DNA of 64,000 nucleotides from Auanema rhodensis (lineage: Eukaryota; Animalia; Nematoda): positions 6,324,001-6,388,000 of the forward strand of contig OZ059896.1 of assembly GCA_964057225.1 (NCBI GenBank), read 5' to 3'. The notes beneath the pieces are model-generated. The model worked only from the letters and a program-made list of their open reading frames with translations, ran no database searches and was not told the origin of the DNA. Position 1 is the first letter of the stretch. The number at the start of each line of letters is the position of its first letter. Below, in pieces: positions 25,484 to 38,100 of this stretch. Both the position numbers and the translations under genes were made by a program.

Positions 25484-27071
25484 CTGGAATGATTAAATTT
25501 CATGTTCAATTTGGGTAATATGAGCAATGCAATTTGAAATTGAACTTTGGTATAAAAAGTACACGATTTCTTATTTTTAAATATATTAAACGGAATATTT
25601 ATAAGAATATTAAAAATATAATATATAATTATAAATATATATATATATATATGCAACATGAATTAGACTAATATTCTGAGATCAACGGATTCAACTACTA
25701 TACATGTCTGATGTAGGATTCAGGCTGTTGAAAATCAGAATAAACATTTGATCAAAACGAAAATTGGATTCCAACTAGAAGTAACGATTCGAAACTGTTC
25801 TTATATGGCCTATCAGAAAGAGGAGGTACCATCATTTGCATTTTGACATGAAAAACGTTGAATAAGAAGATGAGAATGGTGATTGTTAGAGGCAACAAGC
25901 AATTAAACAGGAAAAGTTATTGGAAGAAACTAGAGAGGAAATAGAAATGAAAATACATTGTAGGAAAAGAAAGAGAAAGAGTGAGAGAGAGAGAGAGAGA
26001 GGAATAGAAAGAAATAAGAAATTGAGAAATAAAAAGAGATTGAAAATGATACAAGAACTTCTTCAAATCTATTTACGCAATAAGAAATCCTCGTAACTTT
26101 TTTCATTTGAAAGACAAGCGGAAAAACGCGTGTGTATGTTGACCAAGATAAGTAGTTCTATCCTCTTTATGCAACATGAATCATATATAGCAACATGAAA
26201 GCAAAAAAACTATATGTTGATATATAATTTATAATTCAACAACTTTCTTTCTCCTCAAACTCTATACTGATCAGAACTTATGTTTTCCGATCATGTAAGG
26301 GTTTATATCCATCTTCAACTACAAGTAAATACATATATGATTTTTATAAATTTTAATTTTTCATGGAAATGAAATACTTCACTTATCTTACTTCATTATT
26401 TTAACAAAAAAAAACGATCAAGGTCAATATTTCATAAAAAAAAACAAAAATTAAAACAATCTTCTTGTTATGTGTTTTTTCTTCTTTATAATTCAATAGA
26501 AAACTACTACTATTTCTTTTACGAAAAGAAGAAGAAAAAAGAAATCGTTTCGCTCATCTGTAAATCGTTGATGATGCATTTGAAATGAATTGCCACATAA
26601 AGCAGCATCGTTTTGAGTTTCAAAAAATATGAAGGACATTCGAGAAAATTTATAAAAATATCTTGTAAACCTTCATTCATTCCATCTATCTATAAACCTT
26701 CTAAGCTATTCCTTTTTCAGTTGTCGCTTATTTTTTTTGAAATGTTACCACTGTTCAATAACCGGACACCTTTTTTTGTTCTACCTGCTTGACTATGCAT
26801 TTATACAATTTGGAATTGAATTAATCATTAAAAAATCTTGTATTTCATCTTTTTCTTTCTTTTTTTAATAATATAATTTAATAATATTTTTAGATATTTA
26901 TTTTATGATATCAGATAAATATACTTTATAAATAATAACAAGTATATTATAATATATATTTTTTTATTTTAAGATTTATTTCTGAAAAAAAAAATATAAT
27001 ATAAAATATGTTATATAAGATTTGAATACAGCATATTTTTAATTGAATATATTTCATGATCGGGGAGAAAT

Positions 27072-27396
27072 AGTCCAGGAACAAAATAGTCGAGAGCAGA
27101 ACCGAGGAAGAACCGAAGAGTCGAGGAAGAACCAAGAAGTCCAGAAGGAACCAGATTAGGTCCGTGAACCAAAGCCGAAGAGCCGAGGAAGAACCAACAA
27201 GTCGAAAGCAGAGTCGAGGAAGAACCAACGAGTCGAAAGCAGAGTCGAGGAAGAACCACTGAGTCGAGGAAGAACCGAAGAGTCGAGGAAGAACCAAGAA
27301 GTCCAGAAGGAACCAGATTGGGTCCGTGAATCAAAGCCGAAGAGTCGAGGAAGAACCTAAGAGCCGAGGAAGAACCAAGAAGTCCAGAAGGAACCA
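27072..27396 (-). repeat. Short copy of degenerate ~19-bp repeat (GAGTCGAGGAAGAACC..), reverse complement of 35149-38460
   Basis: GAAGTCCAGAAGGAACCAGATTAGGTCCGTGAACC and GAGTCGAGGAAGAACC units are reverse complements of units in the right-hand block. Confidence 0.9.
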
Positions 27397-30060
27397 GAGT
27401 AGGTCCGTGGTCCAGAAGATCCATGATTGGAAGTAGCCATCAAGGCGTAACGTCGTACACGTTGCTCAATCCTATGAATTTCAAGAATACAAATAGATTA
27501 TAATTTCGAATTCTTACCTAAAATTAGAAATACGAAGAGAGAGTAGGTCCGAGGTCCAGAAGATCCATGGTTGGAAGCAGCTATCGTACCGTCGTACACG
27601 TTGCTCAATCCTATGAATTTCAAGAATACAAATAGATTATAATTTCAAATTCTTACCTAAAATCAGAAATACGAAGAGAGAGTAGGTCCGAGGTCCAGAA
27701 GATCCATGATTGGAAGCAGCTATCGTACCGTCGTACACGTTGCTCAATCCTATGAATTTCAAGAATACAAATAGATTATAATTTCAAATTCTTACCTAAA
27801 ATCAGAAATACGAAGAGAGAGTAGGTCCGAGGTCCAGAAGATCCATGATTGGAAGCAGCTATCGTACCGTCGTACACGTTGCTCAATCCTATGAATTTCA
27901 AGAATACAAATAGATTATAATTTCAAATTCTTACCTAAAATCAGAAATACGAAGAGAGAGTAGGTCCGAGGTCCAGAAGATCCATGGTTGGAAGCAGCTA
28001 TCGTACCGTCGTAAACGTTGCTCAATCCTATGAATTTCAAGAATACAAATAGATTATAATTTCAAATTCTTACCTAAAATCAGAAATACGAAGAGAGAGT
28101 AGGTCCGTGGTCCAGAAGATCCATGATTGGAAGTAGCCATCAAGGTGTAACGTCGTACACGTTGCTCAATCCTATGAATTTCAAGAATACAAATAGATTA
28201 TAATTTCAAATTCTTACCTAAAATCAGAAATACGAAGAGAGAGTAGGTCCGTGGTCCAGAAGATCCATGATTGGAAGTAGCCATCAAGGTGTAACGTCGT
28301 ACACGTTGCTCAATCCTATGAATTTCAAGAATACAAATAGATTATAATTTCAAATTCTTACCTAAAATCAGAAATACGAAGAGAGAGTAGGTCCGTGGTC
28401 CAGAAGATCCATGATTGGAAGTAGCCATCAAGGTGTAACGTCGTACACGTTGCTCAATCCTATGAATTTCAAGAATACAAATAGATTATAATTTCAAATT
28501 CTTACCTAAAATCAGAAATACGAAGAGAGAGTAGGTCCGAGGTCCAGAAGATCCATGGTTGGAAGCAGCTATCGTACCGTCGTACACGTTGCTCAATCCT
28601 ATGAATTTCAAGAATACTAATAGATTATAATTTCAAATTCTTACCTAAAATCAGAAATACGAAGAGAGAGTAGGTCCGAGGTCCAGAAGATCCATGGTTG
28701 GAAGCAGCTATCGTACCGTCGTAAACGTTGCTCAATCCTATGAATTTCAAGAATACAAATAGATTATAATTTCAAATTCTTACCTAAAATCAGAAATACG
28801 AAGAGAGAGTAGATCCACTGTCCAGAAGATCCATGATTGGAAGTAGCCATCAAGGCGTAACGTCGTACACGTTGCTCAATCCTATGAATTTCAAGAATAC
28901 TAATAGATTATAATTTCAAATTCTTACCTAAAATCAGAAATACGAAGAGAGAGTAGATCCACTGTCCAGAAGATCCATGATTGGAAGTAGCCATCAAGGC
29001 GTAACGTCGTACACGTTGCTCAATCCTATGAATTTCAAGAATACTAATAGATTATAATTTCAAATTCTTACCTAAAATCAGAAATACGAAGAGAGAGTAG
29101 GTCCGAGGTCCAGAAGATCCATGGTTGGAAGCAGCTATCGTACCGTCGTAAACGTTGCTCAATCCTATGAATTTCAAGAATACAAATAGATTATAATTTC
29201 AAATTCTTACCTAAAATCAGAAATACGAAGAGAGAGTAGGTCCGAGGTCCAGAAGATCCATGGTTGGAAGCAGCTATCGTACCGTCGTACACGTTGCTCA
29301 ATCCTATGAATTTCAAGAATACTAATAGATTATAATTTCAAATTCTTACCTCAAATCAGAAATACGAAGAGAGAGTAGGTCCGAGGTCCAGAAGATCCAT
29401 GGTTGGAAGCAGCTATCGTACCGTCGTACACGTTGCTCAATCCTATGAATTTCAAGAATACTAATAGATTATAATTTCAAATTCTTACCTAAAATCAGAA
29501 ATACGAAGAGAGAGTAGGTCCGAGGTCCAGAAGATCCATGGTTGGAAGCAGCTATCGTACCGTCGTAAACGTTGCTCAATCCTATGAATTTCAAGAATAC
29601 AAATAGATTATAATTTCAAATTCTTACCTAAAATCAGAAATACGAAGAGAGAGTAGATCCACTGTCCAGAAGATCCATGATTGGAAGTAGCCATCAAGGC
29701 GTAACGTCGTACACGTTGCTCAATCCTATGAATTTCAAGAATACTAATAGATTATAATTTCAAATTCTTACCTAAAATCAGAAATACGAAGAGAGAGTAG
29801 ATCCACTGTCCAGAAGATCCATGATTGGAAGTAGCCATCAAGGCGTAACGTCGTACACGTTGCTCAATCCTATGAATTTCAAGAATACTAATAGATTATA
29901 ATTTCAAATTCTTACCTAAAATCAGAAATACGAAGAGAGAGTAGATCCACTGTCCAGAAGATCCATGATTGGAAGTAGCCATCAAGGCGTAACGTCGTAC
30001 ACGTTGCTCAATCCTATGAATTTCAAGAATACTAATAGATTATAATTTCAAATTCTTACC
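27397..30060 (-). repeat. Tandem array of 139/144-bp monomers, 19 copies (left arm)
   Basis: TCCAGAAGATCC recurs at 27411, 27555, 27694, 27833 and so on (periods 144 and 139). The two monomer types differ by a 5-bp indel. Confidence 0.97.
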
Positions 30061-30555
30061 AGGTAATGAGCACTTTTACAATAACAGAGTGACTATAACA
30101 GAGTGAGCTTGGTCGTTTGTTGAATAGATATAATTATCTGGACATTAGATATATTAAAACATGTTACACAGATCATCTCCGTTTTCGAATTATCGGAGTT
30201 ATACAATAATGAAATCAAAAATTATAAACTCACGTACTCTTTATAATATCTGTAATTTTAAAATGAATAGTTAGAACAAGAACTGAAACTTAGGTATGTG
30301 GCTTGTTGAAGCCATATTACAGCTGCAGTTGTTCTAGTCTTCGTTTTGCAGAACTATTATATATAAATTATGTTCTCGGTTAATCTTGTCGACTTTGCTC
30401 TCTGAGAATGAGCTTAGATAAAAAGGGTTCAAGGTAAATACTAAATTACCTAGCTCATACATTTGTTTTTCCACAAGTTCTTCAGAGCTGACAAGAGACT
30501 TTGGGGTCTGAAGAGCTCAGGAGCTGTCGACCTATTCGGATGGCGACAATTGGAC

Positions 30556-30623
30556 AAATGACTGTCAACTGAAAAATAATTAGCTTATATACCCCTTGAC
30601 GAGCAGACCACGTAAACCACGTT
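30556..30623 (-). promoter_or_regulatory. Mirror copy of the putative core promoter, facing leftward
   Basis: Reverse complement of 31140-31207 (TATA at 30584-30591). Confidence 0.55.
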
Positions 30624-31139
30624 TGCGTGAAATTTTAAAAATTCTAAAAACAAAAACCGGCTGTACATGATTTGAAAATCATAGGAAATGAATGAGAATT
30701 GTGTTTAACTAATGTTTTTATTTTTATTTTAAGGAATGATATTATATTTTTAAGGTTCGTATTGTTATTGATATTGTTTTATATTGTTTGAAAATAACAA
30801 ATATTTTTATATAATAATAATTTTCACCTAAATATTTGGGTTTTTTCATTTATTTCAAGTTGGTTAGTACTAACAAATATTTAAATTATTTGAAACATAT
30901 AAATGTTATGAGAATTTAGTATAATTTAATATTTATGCAACACAGACTAAGGCAAATTTATTCTAATTTGGTCTTAAGTTCGGCATTATTGAAATTATAA
31001 GAAAACCGAATATTATCAAAATAGATTCAAAAATATCTCTAGTTATTAGTTTATTTCAAAAAATTTTGTGTTCATTTCCTATGATTTTCAAATCATGTAC
31101 AGCCGGTTTTTGTTTTTAGAATTTTTAAAATTTCACGCA

Positions 31140-31207
31140 AACGTGGTTTACGTGGTCTGCTCGTCAAGGGGTATATAAGCTAATTATTTTTCAGTTGACA
31201 GTCATTT
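31140..31207 (+). promoter_or_regulatory. Putative Pol II core promoter facing outward (2x ACGTGG, TATATAAG, Inr-like TCATTT)
   Basis: GGGGTATATAAGC with TATA at 31172-31179; TCATTT with its A at 31204, 32 nt from the TATA start; tandem ACGTGG motifs just upstream. Confidence 0.55.
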
Positions 31208-31702
31208 GTCCAATTGTCGCCATCCGAATAGGTCGACAGCTCCTGAGCTCTTCAGACCCCAAAGTCTCTTGTCAGCTCTGAAGAACTTGTGGAAAAACAA
31301 ATGTATGAGCTAGGTAATTTAGTATTTACCTTGAACCCTTTTTATCTAAGCTCATTCTCAGAGAGCAAAGTCGACAAGATTAACCGAGAACATAATTTAT
31401 ATATAATAGTTCTGCAAAACGAAGACTAGAACAACTGCAGCTGTAATATGGCTTCAACAAGCCACATACCTAAGTTTCAGTTCTTGTTCTAACTATTCAT
31501 TTTAAAATTACAGATATTATAAAGAGTACGTGAGTTTATAATTTTTGATTTCATTATTGTATAACTCCGATAATTCGAAAACGGAGATGATCTGTGTAAC
31601 ATGTTTTAATATATCTAATGTCCAGATAATTATATCTATTCAACAAACGACCAAGCTCACTCTGTTATAGTCACTCTGTTATTGTAAAAGTGCTCATTAC
31701 CT

Positions 31703-34700
31703 GGTAAGAATTTGAAATTATAATCTATTAGTATTCTTGAAATTCATAGGATTGAGCAACGTGTACGACGTTACGCCTTGTTGGCTATTTCCAATCATGG
31801 ATCTTCTGGACCACGGACCTACTCTCTCTTCGTATTTCTGATTTTAGGTAAGAATTTGAAATTATAATCTATTTGTATTCTTGAAATTCATAGGATTGAG
31901 CAACGTGTACGACGGTACGATAGCTGCTTACAACCATGGATCTTCTGGACCACGGACCTACTCTCTCTTCGTATTTCTGATTTTAGGTAAGAATTTGAAA
32001 TTATAATCTATTAGTATTCTTGAAATTCATAGGATTGAGCAACGTGTACGACGGTACGATAGCTGCTTCCAACCATGGATCTTCTGGACCTCGGACCTAC
32101 TCTCTCTTCGTATTTCTGATTTTAGGTAAGAATTTGAAATTATAATCTATTTGTATTCTTGAAATTCATAGGATTGAGCAACGTGTACGACGGTACGATA
32201 GCTGCTTCCAACCATGGATCTTCTGGACCTCGGACCTACTCTCTCTTCGTATTTCTGATTTTAGGTAAGAATTTGAAATTATAATCTATTTGTATTCTTG
32301 AAATTCATAGGATTGAGCAACGTGTACGACGTTACGATAGCTGCTTCCAACCATGGATCTTCTGGACCACGGACCTACTCTCTCTTCGTATTTCTGATTT
32401 TAGGTAAGAATTTGAAATTATAATCTATTTGTATTCTTGAAATTCATAGGATTGAGCAACGTGTACGACGGTACGATAGCTGCTTCCAACCATGGATCTT
32501 CTGGACCTCGGACCTACTCTCTCTTTGTATTTCTGATTTTAGGTAAGAATTTGAAATTATAATCTATTAGTATTCTTGAAATTCATAGGATTGAGCAACG
32601 TGTACGACGGTACGATAGCTGCTTCCAACCATGGATCTTCTGGACCACGGACCTACTCTCTCTTCGTATTTCTGATTTTAGGTAAGAATTTGAAATTATA
32701 ATCTATTAGTATTCTTGAAATTCATAGGATTGAGCAACGTGTACGACGTTACGCCTTGATGGCTACTTCCAATCATGGATCTTCTGGACAACGGACCTAC
32801 TCTCTCTTCGTATTTCTGATTTTAGGTAAGAATTTGAAATTATAATCTATTAGTATTCTTGAAATTCATAGGATTGAGCAACGTGTACGACGGTACGATA
32901 GCTGCTTCCAACCATGGATCTTCTGGACCTCGGACCTACTCTCTCTTCGTATTTCTGATTTTAGGTAAGAATTTGAAATTATAATCTATTTGTATTCTTG
33001 AAATTCATAGGATTGAGCAACGTGTACGACGGTACGATAGCTGCTTCCAACCATGGATCTTCTGGACCTCGGACCTACTCTCTCTTCGTATTTCTGATTT
33101 TAGGTAAGAATTTGAAATTATAATCTATTTGTATTCTTGAAATTCATAGGATTGAGCAACGTGTACGACGGTACGATAGCTGCTTCCAACCATGGATCTT
33201 CTGGACCTCGGACCTACTCTCTCTTCGTATTTCTGATTTTAGGTAAGAATTTGAAATTATAATCTATTTGTATTCTTGAAATTCATAGGATTGAGCAACG
33301 TGTACGACGGTACGATAGCTGCTTCCAACCATGGATCTTCTGGACCTCGGACCTACTCTCTCTTCGTATTTCTGATTTTAGGTAAGAATTTGAAATTATA
33401 ATCTATTTGTATTCTTGAAATTCATAGGATTGAGCAACGTGTACGACGTTACGCCTTGATGGCTACTTCCAATCATGGATCTTCTGGACAACGGACCTAC
33501 TCTCTCTTCGTATTTCTGATTTTAGGTAAGAATTTGAAATTATAATCTATTTGTATTCTTGAAATTCATAGGATTGAGCAACGTGTACGACGGTACGATA
33601 GCTGCTTCCAACCATGGATCTTCTGGACCTCGGACCTACTCTCTCTTCGTATTTCTGATTTTAGGTAAGAATTTGAAATTATAATCTATTTGTATTCTTG
33701 AAATTCATAGGATTGAGCAACGTGTACGACGGTACGATAGCTGCTTCCAACCATGGATCTTCTGGACCTCGGACCTACTCTCTCTTCGTATTTCTGATTT
33801 TAGGTAAGAATTTGAAATTATAATCTATTTGTATTCTTGAAATTCATAGGATTGAGCAACGTGTACGACGGTACGATAGCTGCTTCCAACCATGGATCTT
33901 CTGGACCTCGGACCTACTCTCTCTTCGTATTTCTGATTTTAGGTAAGAATTTGAAATTATAATCTATTTGTATTCTTGAAATTCATAGGATTGAGCAACG
34001 TGTACGACGGTACGATAGCTGCTTCCAACCATGGATCTTCTGGACCTCGGACCTACTCTCTCTTTGTATTTCTGATTTTAGGTAAGAATTTGAAATTATA
34101 ATCTATTAGTATTCTTGAAATTCATAGGATTGAGCAACGTGTACGACGGTACGATAGCTGCTTCCAACCATGGATCTTCTGGACCTCGGACCTACTCTCT
34201 CTTTGTATTTCTGATTTTAGGTAAGAATTTGAAATTATAATCTATTAGTATTCTTGAAATTCATAGGATTGAGCAACGTGTACGACGGTACGATAGCTGC
34301 TTCCAACCATGGATCTTCTGGACCACGGACCTACTCTCTCTTCGTATTTCTGATTTTAGGTAAGAATTTGAAATTATAATCTATTTGTATTCTTGAAATT
34401 CATAGGATTGAGCAACGTGTACGACGTTACGCCTTGATGGCTACTTCCAATCATGGATCTTCTGGACAACGGACCTACTCTCTCTTCGTATTTCTGATTT
34501 TAGGTAAGAATTTGAAATTATAATCTATTTGTATTCTTGAAATTCATAGGATTGAGCAACGTGTACGACGGTACGATAGCTGCTTCCAACCATGGATCTT
34601 CTGGACCTCGGACCTACTCTCTCTTCGTATTTCTGATTTTAGGTAAGAATTTGAAATTATAATCTATTTGTATTCTTGAAATTCATAGGATTGAGCAACG

Positions 34701-35148
34701 TGTACGACGGTACGATAGCTGCTTCCAACCATGGATCTTCTGGACCTCGGACCTACTCTCTCTTCGTATTTCTGATTTTAGGTAAGAATTTGAAATTATA
34801 ATCTATTTGTATTCTTGAAATTCATAGGATTGAGCAACGTGTACGACGGTACGATAGCTGCTTCCAACCATGGATCTTCTGGACCTCGGACCTACTCTCT
34901 CTTCGTATTTCTGATTTTAGGTAAGAATTTGAAATTATAATCTATTTGTATTCTTGAAATTCATAGGATTGAGCAACGTGTACGACGTTACGCCTTGATG
35001 GCTACTTCCAATCATGGATCTTCTGGACAACGGACCTACTCTCTCTTCGTATTTCTGATTTTAGGTAAGAATTTGAAATTATAATCTATTTGTATTCTTG
35101 AAATTTATAGGATTGAGCAACGTGTACGACGGTACGATGGCTGCTTCC
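31703..35148 (+). repeat. Tandem array of 139/144-bp monomers, ~25 copies, inverted relative to 27397-30060
   Basis: Unit GTAAGAATTTGAAATTATAATCTATTTGTATTCTTGAAATTCATAG-GATTGAGCAACGTGTACGAC..TTTCTGATTTTAG, the reverse complement of the left-array unit. Confidence 0.97.
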
Positions 35149-38100
35149 TTCTGGAGTTCTTTTTTCTTCCTTGACTCGTCGGTTCTTCCTCGGCTCTTTG
35201 GTTCTTCCTCTAATCTTCGGTTCTTCCTCGGTTCTGCTCTCGACTCGTCGGTTCTTCCTCGGCTCTTTGGTTCTTCCTAGACTCTTCGGTTCTTTCTCGC
35301 CTGTTCGAGTTTTCCTCTACTCGTCGGTTCTTCCTCGGCTCTTTGGTTCTTCCTCTAATCTTCGGTTTTGGTTCACGGACCTAATCTGGTTCCTTCAGGA
35401 CTTCTTGGTTCTTCCTTGACTCGTCGGTTCTTCCTCGATTCTTCGGTAATTCCTCGGTTCTGCTCTCAACTCGTCGGTTCTTCCTCGGCTCTTTGGTTCT
35501 TCCTAGACTCTTCGGTTCTTTCTCGCCTGTTCGAGTTTTCCTCTACTCTTCGGTTTTGGTTCACGGACCTGATCTGGTTCATTCTGGACTTCTTTCCCCT
35601 TCCTCGACTCTCCGTTCTTCCTCGACTCTTCGGTTCTTCCTCGACTCTGCTCTCGACTCGTCGGTTTTTCCTCGGCTCTTTGGCTCTTCTTCGACTCTTC
35701 GGTTTTGGTTCACGGACCTAATCTGGTTTCTTCTGGACTTCTTGGTTCTTCTTCGACTCGTCGGTTTTTCCTCGACTCTGCTCTCGACTCGTCGGTTCTT
35801 CTTCTACTCTTCGGTTTTGGTTCACGGACCCAATCTGGTTTCTTCTGGACTTCTTGGTTCTTCCTTGACTCGTCGGTTCTTCCTCGGCTCTTTGGTTCTT
35901 CCTCTAATCTTCGGTTTTGGTTCACGGACCTAATCTGGTTCCTTCAGGACTTCTTGGTTCTTCCTTGACTCGTCGGTTCTTCCTCGATTCTTCGGTTCTT
36001 CCTCGGTTCTGCTCTCGACTCGTCGGTTCTTCCTCGGCTCTTTGGTTCTTCCTCTAATCTTTGGTTTTGGTTCACGGACCTAATCTGGTTCCTTCGGGAC
36101 TTCTTGGTTCTTCCTTGAGTCGTCGGTTCTTCCTCGGTTCTTCGGTTCTTCCTAGACTCTTCGGTTCTTTCTCGCCTGTTCGAGTTTTCCTCTACTCTTC
36201 GGTTTTGGTTCACGGACCTGATCTGGTTCATTCTGGACTTCTTGCCCCTTCCTCGACTCTCCGTTCTTCCTCGACTCTTCGGTTCTTCCTCGACTCTGCT
36301 CTCGACTCATCGGTTTTTTCTCGACTCTGCTCTCGGCTCTTTGGTTCTTCTTCGACTCTTTGGTTCTTCTTCGACTCTTTGGTTCTTCTTCGACTCTTTG
36401 GTTCTTCTTCGACTCTTTGGTTCTTCTTCGACTCTTTGGTTCTTCTTCGACTCTTTGGTTCTTCTTTGACTCTTCGGTTTTCGTTCACGGACCTAATCTG
36501 GTTTCTTCTGGACTTCTTGGTTCTTCCTCGACTCTTCGGTTTTTCCTCGACCCTGCTCTCGACTCGTCGGTTCTTCTTCGACTCTTTGGTTCTTCTTCGA
36601 CTCTTTGGTTCTTCTTCGACTCTTTGGTTCTTCTTTGACTCTTCGGTTTTCGTTCACGGACCTAATCTGGTTTCTTCTGGACTTCTTGGTTCTTCCTCGA
36701 CCCTGCTCTCGACTCGTCGGTTCTTCTTCTACTCTTCGGTTTTGGTTCACGGACCCAATCTGCTTTCTTCTGGACTTCTTGCTTTTTCCTTGACTCGTCG
36801 GTTCTTTCTCGCCTGTTCGAGTTTTCCTCTACTCTTCGGTTCTGGTTCACGGACCTAATCTGGTTTCTTCTGGACTTCTGACCCTTCCTCGACTCTCCGT
36901 TCTTCCTCGACTCTGCTCTCGACTCGTCGGTTTTTCCTCGGCTCTTTGGTTGTTCTTCGACTTTTCGGTTTTGGTTCATGGACCTAATCTGGTTCCTTCA
37001 GGACTTCTTGGTTCTTCCTTGACTCGTCGGTTCTTCCTCGATTCTTCGGTTCTTCCTCGGTTCTGCTCTCGACTCGTCGGTTCTTCCTCGGCTCTTTGGT
37101 TCTTCCTCTAATCTTTGGTTTTGGTTCACGGACCTAATCTGGTTCCTTCGGGACTTCTTGGTTCTTCCTTGAGTCGTCGGTTCTTCCTCGGTTCTTCGGT
37201 TCTTCCTAGACTCTTCGGTTCTTTCTCGCCTGTTCGAGTTTTCCTCTACTCTTCGGTTTTGGTTCACGGACCTGATCTGGTTCATTCTGGACTTCTTGCC
37301 CTTCCTCGACTCTCCGTTCTTCCTCGACTCGTCGGTTTTTTCTCGACTCTGCTCTCGACTCGTCGGTTTTTCCTCGGCTCTTTGGTTCTTCTTCGACTTT
37401 TCGGTTTTGGTTCATGGACCTAATCTGGTTCCTTCAGGACTTCTTGGTTCTTCCTTGACTCGTCGGTTCTTCCTCGATTCTTCGGTTCTTCCTCGGTTCT
37501 GCTCTCGACTCGTCGGTTCTTCCTCGGCTCTTTGGTTCTTCCTCTAATCTTTGGTTTTGGTTCACGGACCTAATCTGGTTCCTTCGGGACTTCTTGGTTC
37601 TTCCTTGAGTCGTCGGTTCTTCCTCGGTTCTTCGGTTCTTCCTAGACTCTTCGGTTCTTTCTCGCCTGTTCGAGTTTTCCTCTACTCTTCGGTTTTGGTT
37701 CACGGACCTGATCTGGTTCATTCTGGACTTCTTGCCCTTCCTCGACTCTCCGTTCTTCCTCGACTCGTCGGTTTTTTCTCGACTCTGCTCTCGACTCGTC
37801 GGTTTTTCCTCGGCTCTTTGGTTCTTCTTCGACTCTTTGGTTCTTCTTCGACTCTTCGGTTTTGGTTCACGGACCTAATCTGGTTTCTTCTGGACTTCTT
37901 GGTTCTTCCTCGACTCTTCGGTTTTTCCTCGACCCTGCTCTCGACTCGTCGGTTTTGGTTCATGGACCTAATCTGGTTCATTCTGGACTTCTGACCCTTC
38001 CTCGACTCTCCGTTCTTCCTCGACTCTTCGGTTCTTCCTCGACTCTGCTCTCGACTCGTCGGTTTTTCCTCGGCTCTTTGGTTGTTCTTCGACTTTTCGG

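Larger units (their letters stand above)
27035..30559 (-). ncRNA. Putative multi-exon repeat-built lncRNA (leftward mirror)
   Basis: Same architecture on the minus strand with 19 repeated introns, a short TC-rich last exon and an ATTAAA near 27040. Transcription is inferred. Confidence 0.45.
30061..31702. repeat. Long inverted repeat: 632-bp arms (30061-30692 / 31071-31702) around a 378-bp AT-rich spacer
   Basis: The arms read as reverse complements with no mismatch seen by eye. Both ends give the same coordinate sum (61763), so there is no net indel. Confidence 0.97.

Noticed and set aside
30476-30530. Hammerhead ribozyme suggested by CTGAAGA plus a GCTC-AG-GAGC stem in the arm
   Set aside because: The required GAAA after stem II is absent (TGTC follows). 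Only a plain 11-bp hairpin remains.
27397-35148. CRISPR-like repeat/spacer array
   Set aside because: Eukaryotic context, no unique spacers and no cas genes; the monomers are wholly repeated.
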